Source: the human T2T-CHM13v2.0 reference genome, Homo sapiens
DNA: 64,000 nt
Reading direction: 5' to 3' (one strand)
NCBI RefSeq assembly: GCF_009914755.1
Contig: NC_060939.1
Shown here piece by piece: positions 40,701 through 54,200 of this stretch. Under the pieces are notes generated by a model. It saw only the letters and a program-made list of their open reading frames with translations. It was not told where the DNA came from and did no database searches. Made by a program: the position numbers and the translations under genes. Every line of letters begins with the position of its first letter. Position 1 is the first letter of the stretch.

Positions 40701-43700
40701 AGGGGGATTGAGACATATCTCTGCACTGATCCCGAGGTGATACAACTCTTGCCTGGTCTCTGCCTACTGTGGACATTGTGCCATATCTCTGCACTGATCT
40801 CCCAGGTGCTGTAACTTTAGTCTAGGCTCTGGCTACACGGCATTGTGACATATCACTGCACTGATCACCCAGGCGATATAACTCTTCTCTAGGATCTGAC
40901 CACAGGGTGCTTTGTGACATATCCCTGCAATGATCACCGAGGTGATATACCACTTGCCAAGGCTCTGCCTACAGGGACATTGCAATGTATCTCTGCACTG
41001 ATCACCTAGGTCTTGTAGCTATTTTCTAGGATCTGCCTACAGGGTGCTTTGTGACGTGTCCCAGCAAGGATTACCCAGGTGGTGTACCTCTCATCAAGGC
41101 TCTGCCTACAGGCACATTGTGATGTATCTCTGCACTGATCACCTAGGTCATGTAACTTTTTTCTAGGCTCTACCTACGGTGGCATTGTGACATATCTCTG
41201 CACTAATCATCCAAGTGATGTAACTCTTGTCTAGGATGTGCCTAAATTAACTTTTTGACATAACCCTGTACTGATCATCCAGGTGATGGAGCTTTTGTCT
41301 AGGCACTGCCTAAGTGGGCATTGTGACATATTTCTGCATTGATCACCCAGGTGGCGAACTCTTCTCTCAGATCTGCCTATGGGGCATTGTGATAAATCTC
41401 TGCACTGATCTCCCCGGTGATTTAACGGTTGTGTAACCTCTGCCTACAGGGGAATTGTGAGAGATCTCGTCACTGATTACACAAGTGATGTAACCATTGT
41501 CTAGGCTTTGCGTACAGGGGGCTTTGTGACATACCTTTGCACTGATCACCCAGGTGATGTAACACATCTAAGTTCGGCCTAAAGGAGCTTTGTGACATAT
41601 CTCTGCACAGATCACTTAGGTGATGTAACACTTTCATAATCACTGCCTACAGGGAATTTTGACAAATCTCTGCATTGATCACCTAGGTGATTTAACTCTT
41701 GTCGGCCCTCTGTCCAGCGGGGCATTGTGAAATATCTCTGCACTGATAACCCAGGTGATTCAACTCTTGACTAGGAACTGCCTACAGAGGTTATTGTGAT
41801 ATATCTCTGCACTGATAAACTAGGTGGTGTAACTCTTCTCCAAGCTCTGCCTACAGGGGCGTTTCCACATATCCCTGAACTGATGACAAAGGTGATGTAA
41901 CTCTTGCCTAGGCTTTTCCTACAGGGAACTTTTTACATATATCTGCACTGATCACCCAGGTGATGCAACTCTTGCCTAGGCTTTGCCTACAGGGGACATT
42001 GTGACATATCTCTTCAATGATCACCCATGTGATGCACCTCTTGCCTAGGCTTTGCCTACAGGGGACATTGTGACATATCTCTGCATTGATCCCGCAGGTG
42101 CTGTAACTTTAGTCTAGGCTCTGGCTACACGGCATTGTGACATTTCACTGCACTGATCAACCAGATGATATAACTCTTGTATAGGCTCTTCCTACAGGGG
42201 GATTGTGACCTACCTCTGCACTGATCACCCAGGTGATATAACTCTTCTCTAGGATCTGCCTACAGGGTACTTTGTGATATATACCTGCACTGATAACCCA
42301 GGTGATCTAACTCTGGTCTAAGCTCTGCCTAAAGGGGCATTGTGACAGATCTCTGCACTGATCACTCTGGTGATGTAAGTATTGTCTAGGCTCTGCTTCA
42401 AGGGGCCTTGTCACATATCTCTGCACTGATCACCCAGGTGATGTAACTCTTGTCTAGGCTCTGCTTCCAGGGCATATTGTGACTTATCTATGCACTGATC
42501 ACCTTAGTGATGTAACACTTTGGTAGGCTCGGCCTACAGGGGAATCTTGACATATCTCTGCACTGTTAACCGAGGTGATTTAACTCTTGTCTAGGCTGTG
42601 CCCACAGGGGGATTGAGACATATCTCTGCACTGATCCCGAGGTGATACAACTCTTGCCTGGTCTCTGCCTACTGTGTACATTGTGACATATCTCTGCACT
42701 GATCTCCCAGGTGCTGTAACTTTAGTCTAGGCTCTGGTACACGGCATTATGACATATCACTGCACTGATCACACAGGCGATATAACTCTTCTCTAGGATC
42801 TGACCACAGGGTGCTTTGTGACATATCCCTGCAATGATCACCCAGGTGATATACCACTTGCCAAGGCTCTGCCTACAGGGGCATTGCAATGTATCTCTGC
42901 ACTGATCACCTAGGTCTTGTAGCTATTTTCTAGGATCTGCCTACAGGGTGCTTTGTGACGTGTCCCAGCAAGGATTACCCAGGTGGTGTACCTCTCATCA
43001 AGGCTCTGCCTACAGGCACATTGTGATGTATCTCTGCACTGATCAACTAGGTCATGTAACTTTCTTCTAGGCTCTACCTACGATGGCATTGTGACATATC
43101 TCTGCACTAATCATCCAACTGATGTAACTCTTGTCTAGGATGTGCCTAAATTAACTTTTTGACATAACCCTGTACTGATCATCCAGGTGATGGAGCTTTT
43201 GTCTAGGCACTGCCTAAGGGGGCATTGTGACATATTCCTGCATTGATCACCCAGGTGGCGAACTCTTCTCTCAGATCTGCCTATGGGGGCATTGTGATAA
43301 ATCTCTGCACTGATCACCCAGGTGATGTAACTGTTGTGTAACCTCTGCCTATAGGGGAATTGTGAGAGATCTCGTCACTGATTACCCAAGTGATGTAACC
43401 ATTGTCTAGGCTTTGCGTACAGGGGGCTTTGTGATATACCTTTGCACTGATCACCCAGGTGATGTAACACATCCAATTTCGGCCTAAAGGAGCTTTGTGA
43501 CATATCTCTGCACTGATCACTTAGGTGATGTAACACTTTCATAATCACTGCCTACAGGGAATTTTGACAAATCTCTGCACTGATCACCTAGGTGATGTAA
43601 CTCTTGTCTACCCTCTTTCCAACGGGGCATTGTGAAATATCTCTGCACTGATCACCCAGGTGATTCAACTCCTGACTAGGAACTGCCTACAGAGGTTATT

Positions 43701-46700
43701 GTGAAATATCTCTGCACTGATAAACTAGGTGGTGTAACCCTTGTCCAAGCTCTGTCTACAGGGGCGTTTCCACATATCCCTGAACTGATGACAGAGGTGA
43801 TGTAACTCTTGCCTAGGCTTTGCCTACAGGGAACATTGGACATATATCTGCACTGGTAACCCAGGTGATGCAACTCTTGCCTAGGCTTTGCCTACAGGGG
43901 ACATTGTGACATATCTCTTCAATGATCACTCATGTGATGCATCTCTTGCCTAGGCTTTGCCTACAGGGGACATTGTGACATATCTCTGCACTGATCTCCC
44001 AGGTGCTGCAACTTTAATCTAGGCTCCGGCTACACGGCATTGTGACATATCACTGCACTGATCAACCAGGTGATATAACTCTTGTATAGGCTCTGCCTAC
44101 AGGGGTATTGTGACCTACCTCTGCACTGATCACCCAGGTGAGATAACTCCTCTCTAGGATCTGCCTACAGGGTACTTTGTGACATATCCCTGCACTGATC
44201 ACCCAGGTGATCTATCTCTGGTCTAAGCTCTGCCTAAAGGGGCATTGTGACAGATCTCTGCACTGATCACTCAGGTGATGTAAGTATTGTCTAGGCTCTG
44301 CTTCAAGGGGCCTTGTCACATATCTCTGCATTGATCACCCAGGTGATGTAACTCTTGTCTAGGCTCTGCTTCCAGGGCATATTGTGACATATCTATGCAC
44401 TGATAACCTTAGTGATGTAACACTTGTGTAGGCTGGGCCTACAGGGGAATCTTGACATATCTCTGCACTGTTAACCGAGGTGATTTAACTCTTGTCTTTG
44501 CTGTGCCCACAGGGGGATTGAGACATATCTCTGCACGGATCCCGAGGTGATACAACTCTTGCCTGGTCTCTGCCTACTGTGGACATTGTGACATATCTCT
44601 GCACTGAACTCCCAGGTGCTGTAACTTTAGTCTAGGCTCTGGCTACACGGCATTGTGACATATCACTGCACTGATCACCTAGGCGATATAACTCTTCTCT
44701 AGGATCTGACCACAGGGTGCTTTGTGACATATCCCTGCAATGATCACCCAGGTGATATACTACTTGCCAAGGCTCTGCCTACAGGGGCATCGCAATGTAT
44801 CTCTGCACTGATCACCTACGTCTTGTACCTATTTTCAAGGAACTGCCTACAGGGTGCTTTGTGACGAGTCCCAGCAAGGATTACCCAAGTGATGTACCTC
44901 TCATCAAGGCTCTGCCTACAGGCACATTGCGATATATCTCTGCACTGATCACCTAGGTCATGTAACTTTTCTCTATGCTCTACCTACGATGGCATTGTGA
45001 CATATCTCTGCACTAATCATCCAAGTGATGTAACTCTTGTCTAGGATGTGCCTAAATTAACTTTTTGACATAACCCTGTACTGATCATCCTGGTGATGTG
45101 GCTATTTTCTAGGCTCTGCCTAAAGGGGCATTGTGACATATTTTTGCATTGATCACCCAGGTGGCGAACTCTTCTCTAGGATCTGCCTATGGGTGCATTG
45201 TGAGAAATCTCTGCACTGATCACCCAGGTGATGTAACTATTGTGTAACCTCTGCCTACAGGGGAATTGTGAGAGATCTCGCCAATGATTACACAAGTGAT
45301 GTAACCATTGTCTAGGCTTTGCGTACAGGGGGCTTTTTGACATAAATTTGCACTGACCACCCAGGTGATGTAACACATCTAAGTTCGGCCTAAAGGAGCT
45401 TTGTGACATATGTCTGCACTGATCACTTAGGTGATGTAACACTTTTATAATCACTGCCTACAGGGAATTTTGACAAATCTCTGCACTGATCACCTATGTG
45501 ATGTAACTCTTGTCTACCCGCTGTCCAACGGGTCATTGTGAAATATCTCTGCACTGATCACCCAGGTGATTCAACTCTTTACTAGGAACTGCCTACAGAA
45601 GTTATTGTGAAATATCTCTGCACTGATAAACTAGGTGGTGTAACCCTTGTCCAAGCTCTGCCTACAGGGGCGTTTCCACATATCCCTGAACTGATTACAG
45701 AGGTGATGTAACTCTTGCCTAGGCTTTGCCTACAGGGAACATTGGACATATATCTGCACTGATCACCCAGGTGATGCAACTCTTGCCTAGGCTTTGCCTA
45801 CAGGGGACATTGTGCCATATCTCTTCAATGATCACTCATGTGATGCATCTCTTGCCTAGGCTTTGCCTATAGGGGACATTGTGACATATCTCTGCACTGA
45901 CCTCCCAGGTGCTGTAACTTTAGTCTAGGCTCTGGCTAGACGGCATTGTGACATATCACTGCACTGATCAACCAGGTGCTATAACTCTTGTATAGGCTCT
46001 GCCTACAGGGGGATTGTGACCTACCTCTGCACTGATCACCCAGGTGATATAACTCTTCTCTAGGATCTGCCTACAGGGTACTTTGTGACATATCCCTGCA
46101 CTGATCACCCAGGTGATCTAACTCTGCTCTAAGCTCTGCCTAAAGGGGCATTGTGACAGATCTCTGCACTGATCACTTAGGTGATGTAAGTATTTTCTAG
46201 GCTCTGCTTCAAGGGGCCTTGTCACATATCTCTGCACTGATCACCCTGGTGATGTAACTCTTGTCTAGGCTCTGCTTCCAGGGCATATTGTGACATATCT
46301 ATGCACTGATCACCTTAGTGATGTAACACTTTGGTAGGCTCGGCCTACAGGGGAATCTTGACATATCTCTGCACTGTTAACCGAGGTGATTTAACCCTTC
46401 TCTAGGCTGTGCCCACAGGGGGATTGAGACAGATCTCTGCACTGATCCCGAGGTGATACAACTCTTGCCTGGTCTCTGCCTACTGTGGACATTGTGACAT
46501 ATCTCTGCACTGATCTCCCAGGTGCTGTAACTTTAGTCTAGGCTCTGGCTACACGGCATTGTGACATATCACTGCACTGATCACCCAGGCGATATAACTC
46601 TTCTCTAGGATCTGACCACAGGGTGCTTTGTGACATATCCCTGCAATGATCACCCAGGTGATATACAACTTGCCAAGGCTCTGCCTACAGGGGCATTGCA

Positions 46701-49700
46701 ATGTATCTCTGCACTGATCACCTAGGTCTTGTAGCTATTTTCTAGGATCTGCCTACAGGGTGCTTTGTGACGTGTCCCAGCAAGGATTACCCAGGTGATG
46801 TACCTCTCATCAAGGCTCTGCCTACAGGCACATTGTGATGTATCTCTGCACTGATCACCTAGGTCATGTAAATTTTGTCTAGGCTCTACCTACGATGGCA
46901 TTGTGACATATCTCTGCACTAATCATCCAAGTGATGTAACTCTTGTCTAGGATGTGCCTAAATTAACTTTTTGACATAACCCTGTACTGATCATACAGGT
47001 GATGGAGCTTTTCTCTAGGCTCTGCCTAAGGGGGCATTGTGACATATTTCTGCATTGATCCCCCAGGTGGCGAACTCTTCTCTCGGATCTGCCTATGGGG
47101 GCATTGTGAGAAATCTCTGCACTGATCACCCAGGTGATGTAACTGTTGTGTAACCTCTGCCTACAGGGGAATTGTGAGAGATCTCGTCACTGATTACCCA
47201 AGTGATGTAACCGTTGTCTAGGCTTTGCGTACAGGGGGCTTTGTGACATACCTTTGCACTGATAACCCAGGTGATGTAACACATCTACGTTCGGCCTAAA
47301 GGAGCTTTGTGACATATCTCTGCACTGGTCACTTAGGTGATGTAGCACTTTTATAATCACTTCCTACAGGGAATTTTGACTAATCTCTGCACTGATCACC
47401 TAGGTGATGTAACTCTTGTCTACCCTCTGTCCAACGGGGCATTGTGAAATATCTCTGCATTGATCGCCCAGGTGATTCAACTCTTGACTAGGAACTGCCT
47501 ACAGAGCTTATTGGGAAATATCTCTGCACTGATAAACTAGGTGGTGTAACCCTTGTCCAAGCTCTGCCTACAGGGGCGTTTCCACATATCCCTGAACTGA
47601 TGACAGAGGTGATGTAACCCTTGCCTAGGCTTTGCCTACAGGGAACATTGGACATATATCTGCACTGATCACCCAGGTGATGCAACTCTTGCCTAGGCTA
47701 TGCCTACAGGGGACATTGTGACATATCTCTTCAACGATCACTCATGTGATGCATCTCTTGCCTAGGCTTTGCCTACAGGGGACATTGTGACATATCTCTG
47801 CCCTGATCTCCCAGGTGCTGTAACTTTAGTCTAGGCTCTGGCTACACGGCATTGTGACATATCACTGCACTGATCAACCAGTTGCTATAACTCTTGTATA
47901 GGCTCTGCCTACAGGGGGATTGTGACCTACCACTGCACTGATCACCCAGGTGATATAACTCTTCTCTAGGATCTGCCTATAGGGTACTTTGTGACATATC
48001 CCTGCACTGATCACCCAGGTGATCTAACTCTGCTCTAAGCTCTGCCTAAAGGGGCATTGTGACAGATTTCTGCACTGATCACTTAGGTGATGTAAGTATT
48101 TTCTAGGCTCTGCTTCAAGGGGCCTTGTCACATATCTCTGCACTGATCACCCTGGTGATGTAACTCTTGTCTAGGCTCTGCTTCCAGGGCATATTGTGAC
48201 ATATCTATGCACTGATCACCTTAGTGATGTAACACTTTGGTAGGCTCGGCCTACAGGGGAATCTTGACATATCTCTGCACTGTTAACCGAGGTGATTTAA
48301 CTCTTGTCTAGGCTGTGCCCACAGGGGGATTGAGACATATCTCTGCACTGATCCCGAGGTGATACAACTCTTGCCTGGTCTCTGCCTACTGTGGACATTG
48401 TGACATATCTCTGCACTGATCTCCCAGGTGCTGTAACTTTAGTCTAGGCTCTGGCTACACGGCATTGTGACATATCACTGCACTGATCACCCAGGCGATA
48501 TATCTCTTCTCTAGGATCTGACCACAGGGTGCTTTGTGACATATCCCTGCAATGATCACCCAGGTGATATACCACTTGCCAAGGCTCTGCCTACAGGGGC
48601 ATTGCAATGTATCTCTGCACTGATCACGTAGGTCTTGCAGCTACTTTCTAGGATCTGCCTGCAGGGTGCATTGTGACGTGTCCCAGCAAGTTTTACCCAG
48701 GTGATGTACCTCTCATCAAGGCTCTGCCTACAGGCACATTGTGATGTATCTCTGCACTGATCACCTAGGTCATGTAAATTTTGTCTAGGCTCTAGCTACG
48801 ATGGCATTGTGACATATCTCTGCACTAATCATCCAAGTGATGTAACTCTTGTCTAGGATGTGCCGAAATTAACTTTTTGACATAACCCTGTACTGATCAT
48901 CCAGGTGATGGAGCTTTTCTCTAGGCTCTGCCTAAGGGGGCATTGTGACATATTTCTGCATTGATCACGCAGGTGGCGAACTCTTCTCTCGGATCTGCCT
49001 ATGGGGGCATTGTGAGAAATCTCTGCACTGATCACCCAGGTGATGTAACTGTTGTGTAACCTCTGCCTACATGGGAATTGTGAGAGATCTCGTCACTGAT
49101 TACCCAAGTTATGTAACCGTTGTCTAGGCTTTGCGTACAGGGGGCTTTGTGACATACCTTTGCACTGATCACCCAGGAGATGTAACACATCTAAGTTAGG
49201 CCTAAAGGAGCTTTGTGACATATCTCTGCACTGATCTCTTAGGTGATATAACACTTTTATAATCACTGCCTACAGGGAATTTTGACAAATCTCTGCACTG
49301 ATCACCTAGGTGATGTAACTCTTGTCTACCCTCTGTCCAACGGGGCATTGTGAAATATCTCTGCACTGATCGCCCAGGTGATTCAACTCTTGACTAGGAA
49401 CTGCCTACAGTGCTTATTGGGAAATATCTCTGCACTGATAAACTAGGTGGTGTAACCCTTGTCCAAGCTCTGCCTACAGGGGCGTTTAAACATATCCCTG
49501 AACTGATGACAGAGGTGATGTAACCCTTGCCCAGGCTTTGCCTACAGGGAACATTGGACATATATCTGCACTGATCACCCAGGTGATGCAACTCTTGCCT
49601 AGGCTATGCCTACAGGGGACATTGTGACATATCTCTTCAATGATCACTCATGTGATGCATCTCCTGCCTAGGCTTTGCCTACAGGGGACATTGTGACATA

Positions 49701-51299
49701 TCTCTGCACTGATCTCCCAGGTGCTGTAACTTTAGTCTAGGCTCTGGCTACACGGCATTGTGACATATCACTGCACTGATCAACCAGGTGATATAACTAT
49801 TGTATAGGCTCTGCCTACAGGGGGATTGTGACCTACCTCTGCACTGATCACCCAGGTGATATAGCTCTTCTCTAGGATCTGCCTACAGGGTCCTTTTTGA
49901 CATATCCCTGCATTGATCACCCAGGTGATCTAACTCTGGTCTAAGCTCTGCCTAAAGGGGCATTGTGACAGATCTCTGCACTGATCACTCAGGTGATGTA
50001 AGTATTGTCTAGGCTCTGCTTCAAGGGGCCTTGTCACATATCTCTGCACTGATCACCCAGGTGATGTAACTCTTGTCTAGGCTCTGCTTCCAGGGCATAT
50101 TGTGACGTATCTATGCACTGATCACCTTAGTGATGTAACACTTTGGTAGGCTCGGCCTACAGGGGAATCTTGACATATTTCTTCACTGTTAAATGAGGTG
50201 ATTTAACTGTTGTCTAGGCTGTGCCCACAGGGGGATTGAGACATATCTCTGCACTGATCCCGAGGTGATACAACTCTTGCCTGGTCTCTGCCTACTGTGG
50301 ACATTGTGACATATCTCTGCACTGATCTCCCAGGTGCTGTAAATTTAGTCTAGGCTCTGGCTACACGGCATTGTGACATATCACTGCACTGTTCACCAAG
50401 GCGATATAACTCTTCTCTAGGATCTGACCACAGGGTGCTTTTTGACATATCCCTGCAATGATCACCCAGGTGATATACCACTTGCCAAGGCTCTGCCTAC
50501 AGGGGCATTGCAATGTATCTCTGCACTGATCACGTAGCTCTTGCAGCTACTTTCTAGGATCTGCCTACAGGGTGCATTGTGACGTGTCCCAGCAAGTTTT
50601 AACCAGGTGATGTACCTCTCATCAAGGCTCTGCCTACAGGCACATTGTGATGTATCTCTGCACTGATCACCTAGGTCATGTAAATTTTGTCTAGGCTCTA
50701 CCTACGATGGCATTGTGACATATCTCTGCACTAATCATCCAAGTGATGTAACTCTTGTCTAGGATGTGCCGAAATTAACTTTTTGACATAACCCTGTACT
50801 GATCATCCAGGTGATGGAGCTTTTCTCTAGGTTCTGCCTAAGGGGGCATTGTGACATATTTCTGCATTGATCCACCAGGTGGCGAACTCTTCTCTCGGAT
50901 CTGCCTATGGGGGCATTGTGAGAAATCTCAGCACTGATCACCCAGGTGATGTAACTGTTGTGTAACCTCTGCCTACAGGGGAATTGTGAGAGATCTCGTC
51001 ACTGATTACCCAAGTGATGTAACCGTTGTCTAGGCTTTGCGTATAGGGGGCTTTGTGACATACCTTTGCACTGATCACCCAGGTGATGTAACACATCTAA
51101 GTTCGGCCTAAAGGAGCTTTGTGACATATCTCTGCACTGATCACTTAGGTGATGTAACACTTTTATAATCACTGCCTACAGGGAATTTTGACAAATCTCT
51201 GCACTGATCACCTAGGTGATGTAACTCTTGTCTACCCTCTGTCCAACGGGGCATTGTGAAATATCTCTGCACTGATCGCCCAGGTGATTCAACTCTTGA
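22787..51299. repeat. Block of fifteen HOR units: fourteen 28-mers (1905-1906 bp) and one independent 27-mer
   Basis: Markers at 22787, 24693, 26599, 28504, 30409, 32314, 34150, 36055, 37960, 39866, 41771, 43676, 45582, 47488, 49394 and 51300. Confidence 0.93.
32314..34149. repeat. Solitary 27-mer HOR variant (1836 bp) with a different monomer deletion
   Basis: At ~32750-32790, ACCTACCTCTGCACTGATCACCCAGGTGAT runs directly into CTAACTCTGG. The ATAACTCTTCTCTAGGATC...GGGTACTTTG monomer is missing. Confidence 0.9.
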
Positions 51300-54200
51300 C
51301 TAGGAACTGCCTACAGAGCTTATTGGGAAATATCTCTGCACTGATAAACTAGGTGGTGTAACCCTTGTCCAAGCTCTGCCTACAGGGGCGTTTCCACATA
51401 TCCCTGAACTGATGACAGTGGTGATGTAACCCTTGCCTAGGCTTTGCCTACAGGGAACATTGGACATATATCTGCACTGATCACCCAGGTGATGCAACTC
51501 TTGCCTAGGCTATGCCGACAGGGGACATTGTGACATATCTCTTCAACGATCACTCATGTGATGCATCTCTTGCCTAGGCTTTGCCTACAGGGGACATTTT
51601 GACATATCTCTGCACTGATCTCCCAGCTGCTGTAACTTTAGTCTAGGCTCTGGCTACACGGCATTGTGACATATCACTGCACTGATCAATCAGGTGATAT
51701 AACTCTTGTATAGGCTCTGCCTACAGGGGGATTGTGACCTACCGCGGCACTGATCACCAGGTGATGCAACTCTTTTCTGGGATCTGCCTACAGGGTGCTT
51801 TGTGACATATCCCTGCACTGATCACCCAGGTGATCTAACTCTGGTCTAAGCTCTGCCTAAAGGGGCATTGTGACAGATCTCTGCACTGATCAGTCAGGTG
51901 ATGTCACTATTGTCTAGGCTCTGCTTCAAGGGGCCTTGTCACATATCTCTGCACTGATCACCCAGGTGATGTAACTCTTGTCTAGGCTCTGCTTCCAGGG
52001 CATATTGTGACATATCTATGCACTGATCACCTGAGTGATGTAACACTTTGGTAGGCTCGGCCTACAGGGGAATCTTGACATATCTCTGCACTGTTAACCG
52101 AGGTGATTTAACTCTTGTCTAGGCTGTGCCCACAGGGGGATTGAGACATATCTCTGCACTGATCCCGAGGTGATACAACTCTTGCCTGGTCTCTGCCTAC
52201 TGTGGACATTGTGACATATCTCTGCACTGATCTCCCAGGTGCTGTAACTTTAGTCTAGGCTCTGGCTACACGGCATTGTGAAATATCACTGCACTGATCA
52301 ACCAGGTGATATAACTCTTGTATAGGCTCTGCCTACAGGGGGATTGTGACCTACCTCTGCACTGATCACCCAGGTGATATAACTCTTCTCTAGGATCTGC
52401 CTACAGGGTACTTTTTGACATATCCCTTCACTGATCACCCAGGTGATCTAACTCTGGTCTAAGCTCTGCCTAAAGGGGCATTGTGACAGATCTCTGCACT
52501 GATCACTCAGGTGATGTAAGTATTGTCTAGGCTCTGCTTCAAGGGGCCTTGTCACATATCGCTGCACTGATCACCAAGGTGATGTAACTCTTGTCTAGGC
52601 TGTGCTTCCAGGGCATATTGTGACATATCTATGCACTGATCACCCAGGTGATATAACTCTTCTCTAGGATCTTCCTACAGGGTACTTTGTGACATATCCC
52701 TACACTGATCACCCAGGTGATCTAACTCTGGTCTAAGCTCTGCCTAAAGGGGCATTGTGACAGATCTCTGCACTGATCACTCAGGTGATGTAAGTATTGT
52801 CCACGCTCTGCTTCAAGGGGCCTTGTCACATATCTCTGCACTGATCACCCAGCTGATGTAACTCTTGTCTAGGCTCTGCTTCCAGGGCATAGTGTGACAT
52901 ATCTATGCACTGATCACCTTAGTGATGTAACACTTGTGTAGGCTCGGCCTACAGGGGAATCTTGACATATCTCTGCACTGTTAACCGAGGTGATTTAACC
53001 CTTGTCTAGGCTGTGCCCACAGGGGGATTGAGATATATCTCTGCACTGATCCCGAGGTGATCCAACTCTTACCTGGTCTCTGCCTACTGGGGACATTGTG
53101 ACATATCTCTGCACTGATCTCCCAGGTGCTGTAAATTTAGTCTAGGCTCTGGCTACACGGCATTGTGACATATCACTGCACTGATCACCGAGGCGATACA
53201 ACGCTTGTCTTGGCTCTGCCTACAATGGTCTTGTGACATATCTCTGCTCTGATCACCCAGGTGATATAACTCTTCTCTAGGATGTGACCACAGGGTGCTT
53301 TGTGACATATCCCTGCAATGATCACCCAGGTGATATACCACTTGCCAAGGCTCTGCCTACAGGGGCATTGCAATGTATCTCTGCACTGATCAACTAGGTC
53401 TTGTAGCTATTTTCTAGGATCTGCCTACAGGGTGCTTTGTGACGTGTCCCAGCAAGGATTACCCAGGTGATGTACCTCTCATCAAGTCTCTGCCTACAGG
53501 CACATTGCGATATATCTCTGCACTGATCACCTAGGTCCTGTAACTTTTGTCTAGGCTCTACCTACGATGGCATTGTGACGTATCTCGGCACTAATCATCC
53601 AAGTGATGTAACTGTTGTTTAGGATGTGCCTAAATTAACTTTTTGACATAACCCTGTACTCATCATCCAGGTGATGGGGCTTTTGTCTAGGCTCTGCCTA
53701 AGGGGGCATTGTGACAGATTTCTGCATTGATCACCCAGGTGGCGAACTCTTCTCTCGGATCTGCCTATGGGGGCATTGTGAGAAATCTCTGCACTGATCA
53801 CCCAGGTGATGTAACTGTTGTGTAACCTCTGCCTACAGGGGAATTGTGAGAGATCTCGCCACTGATTACCCAAGTGATGTAACCATTGTCTAGGCTTTGC
53901 GTATAGGGGGCTTTGTGACATACCTTTGCACTGATCACCCAGGTGATGTAACACATCTAAGTTCGACCTAAAGGAGCTTTGTGACATATCTCTGCACTGA
54001 TCACTTAGGTGATGTAACACTTTTATAATCACTGCCTACAGGGAATTTTGACATATCACTGCACTGATCAGCCAGGTGATATAACTCTTGTACAGGCTCT
54101 GCCTACAGGGGAATTGTGACCTACCGCGGCACTGATCACCCAGGTGATATAACTCTACTCTAGGATCTGCCTACAGGGTACTTTGTGACATATCCCTGCA

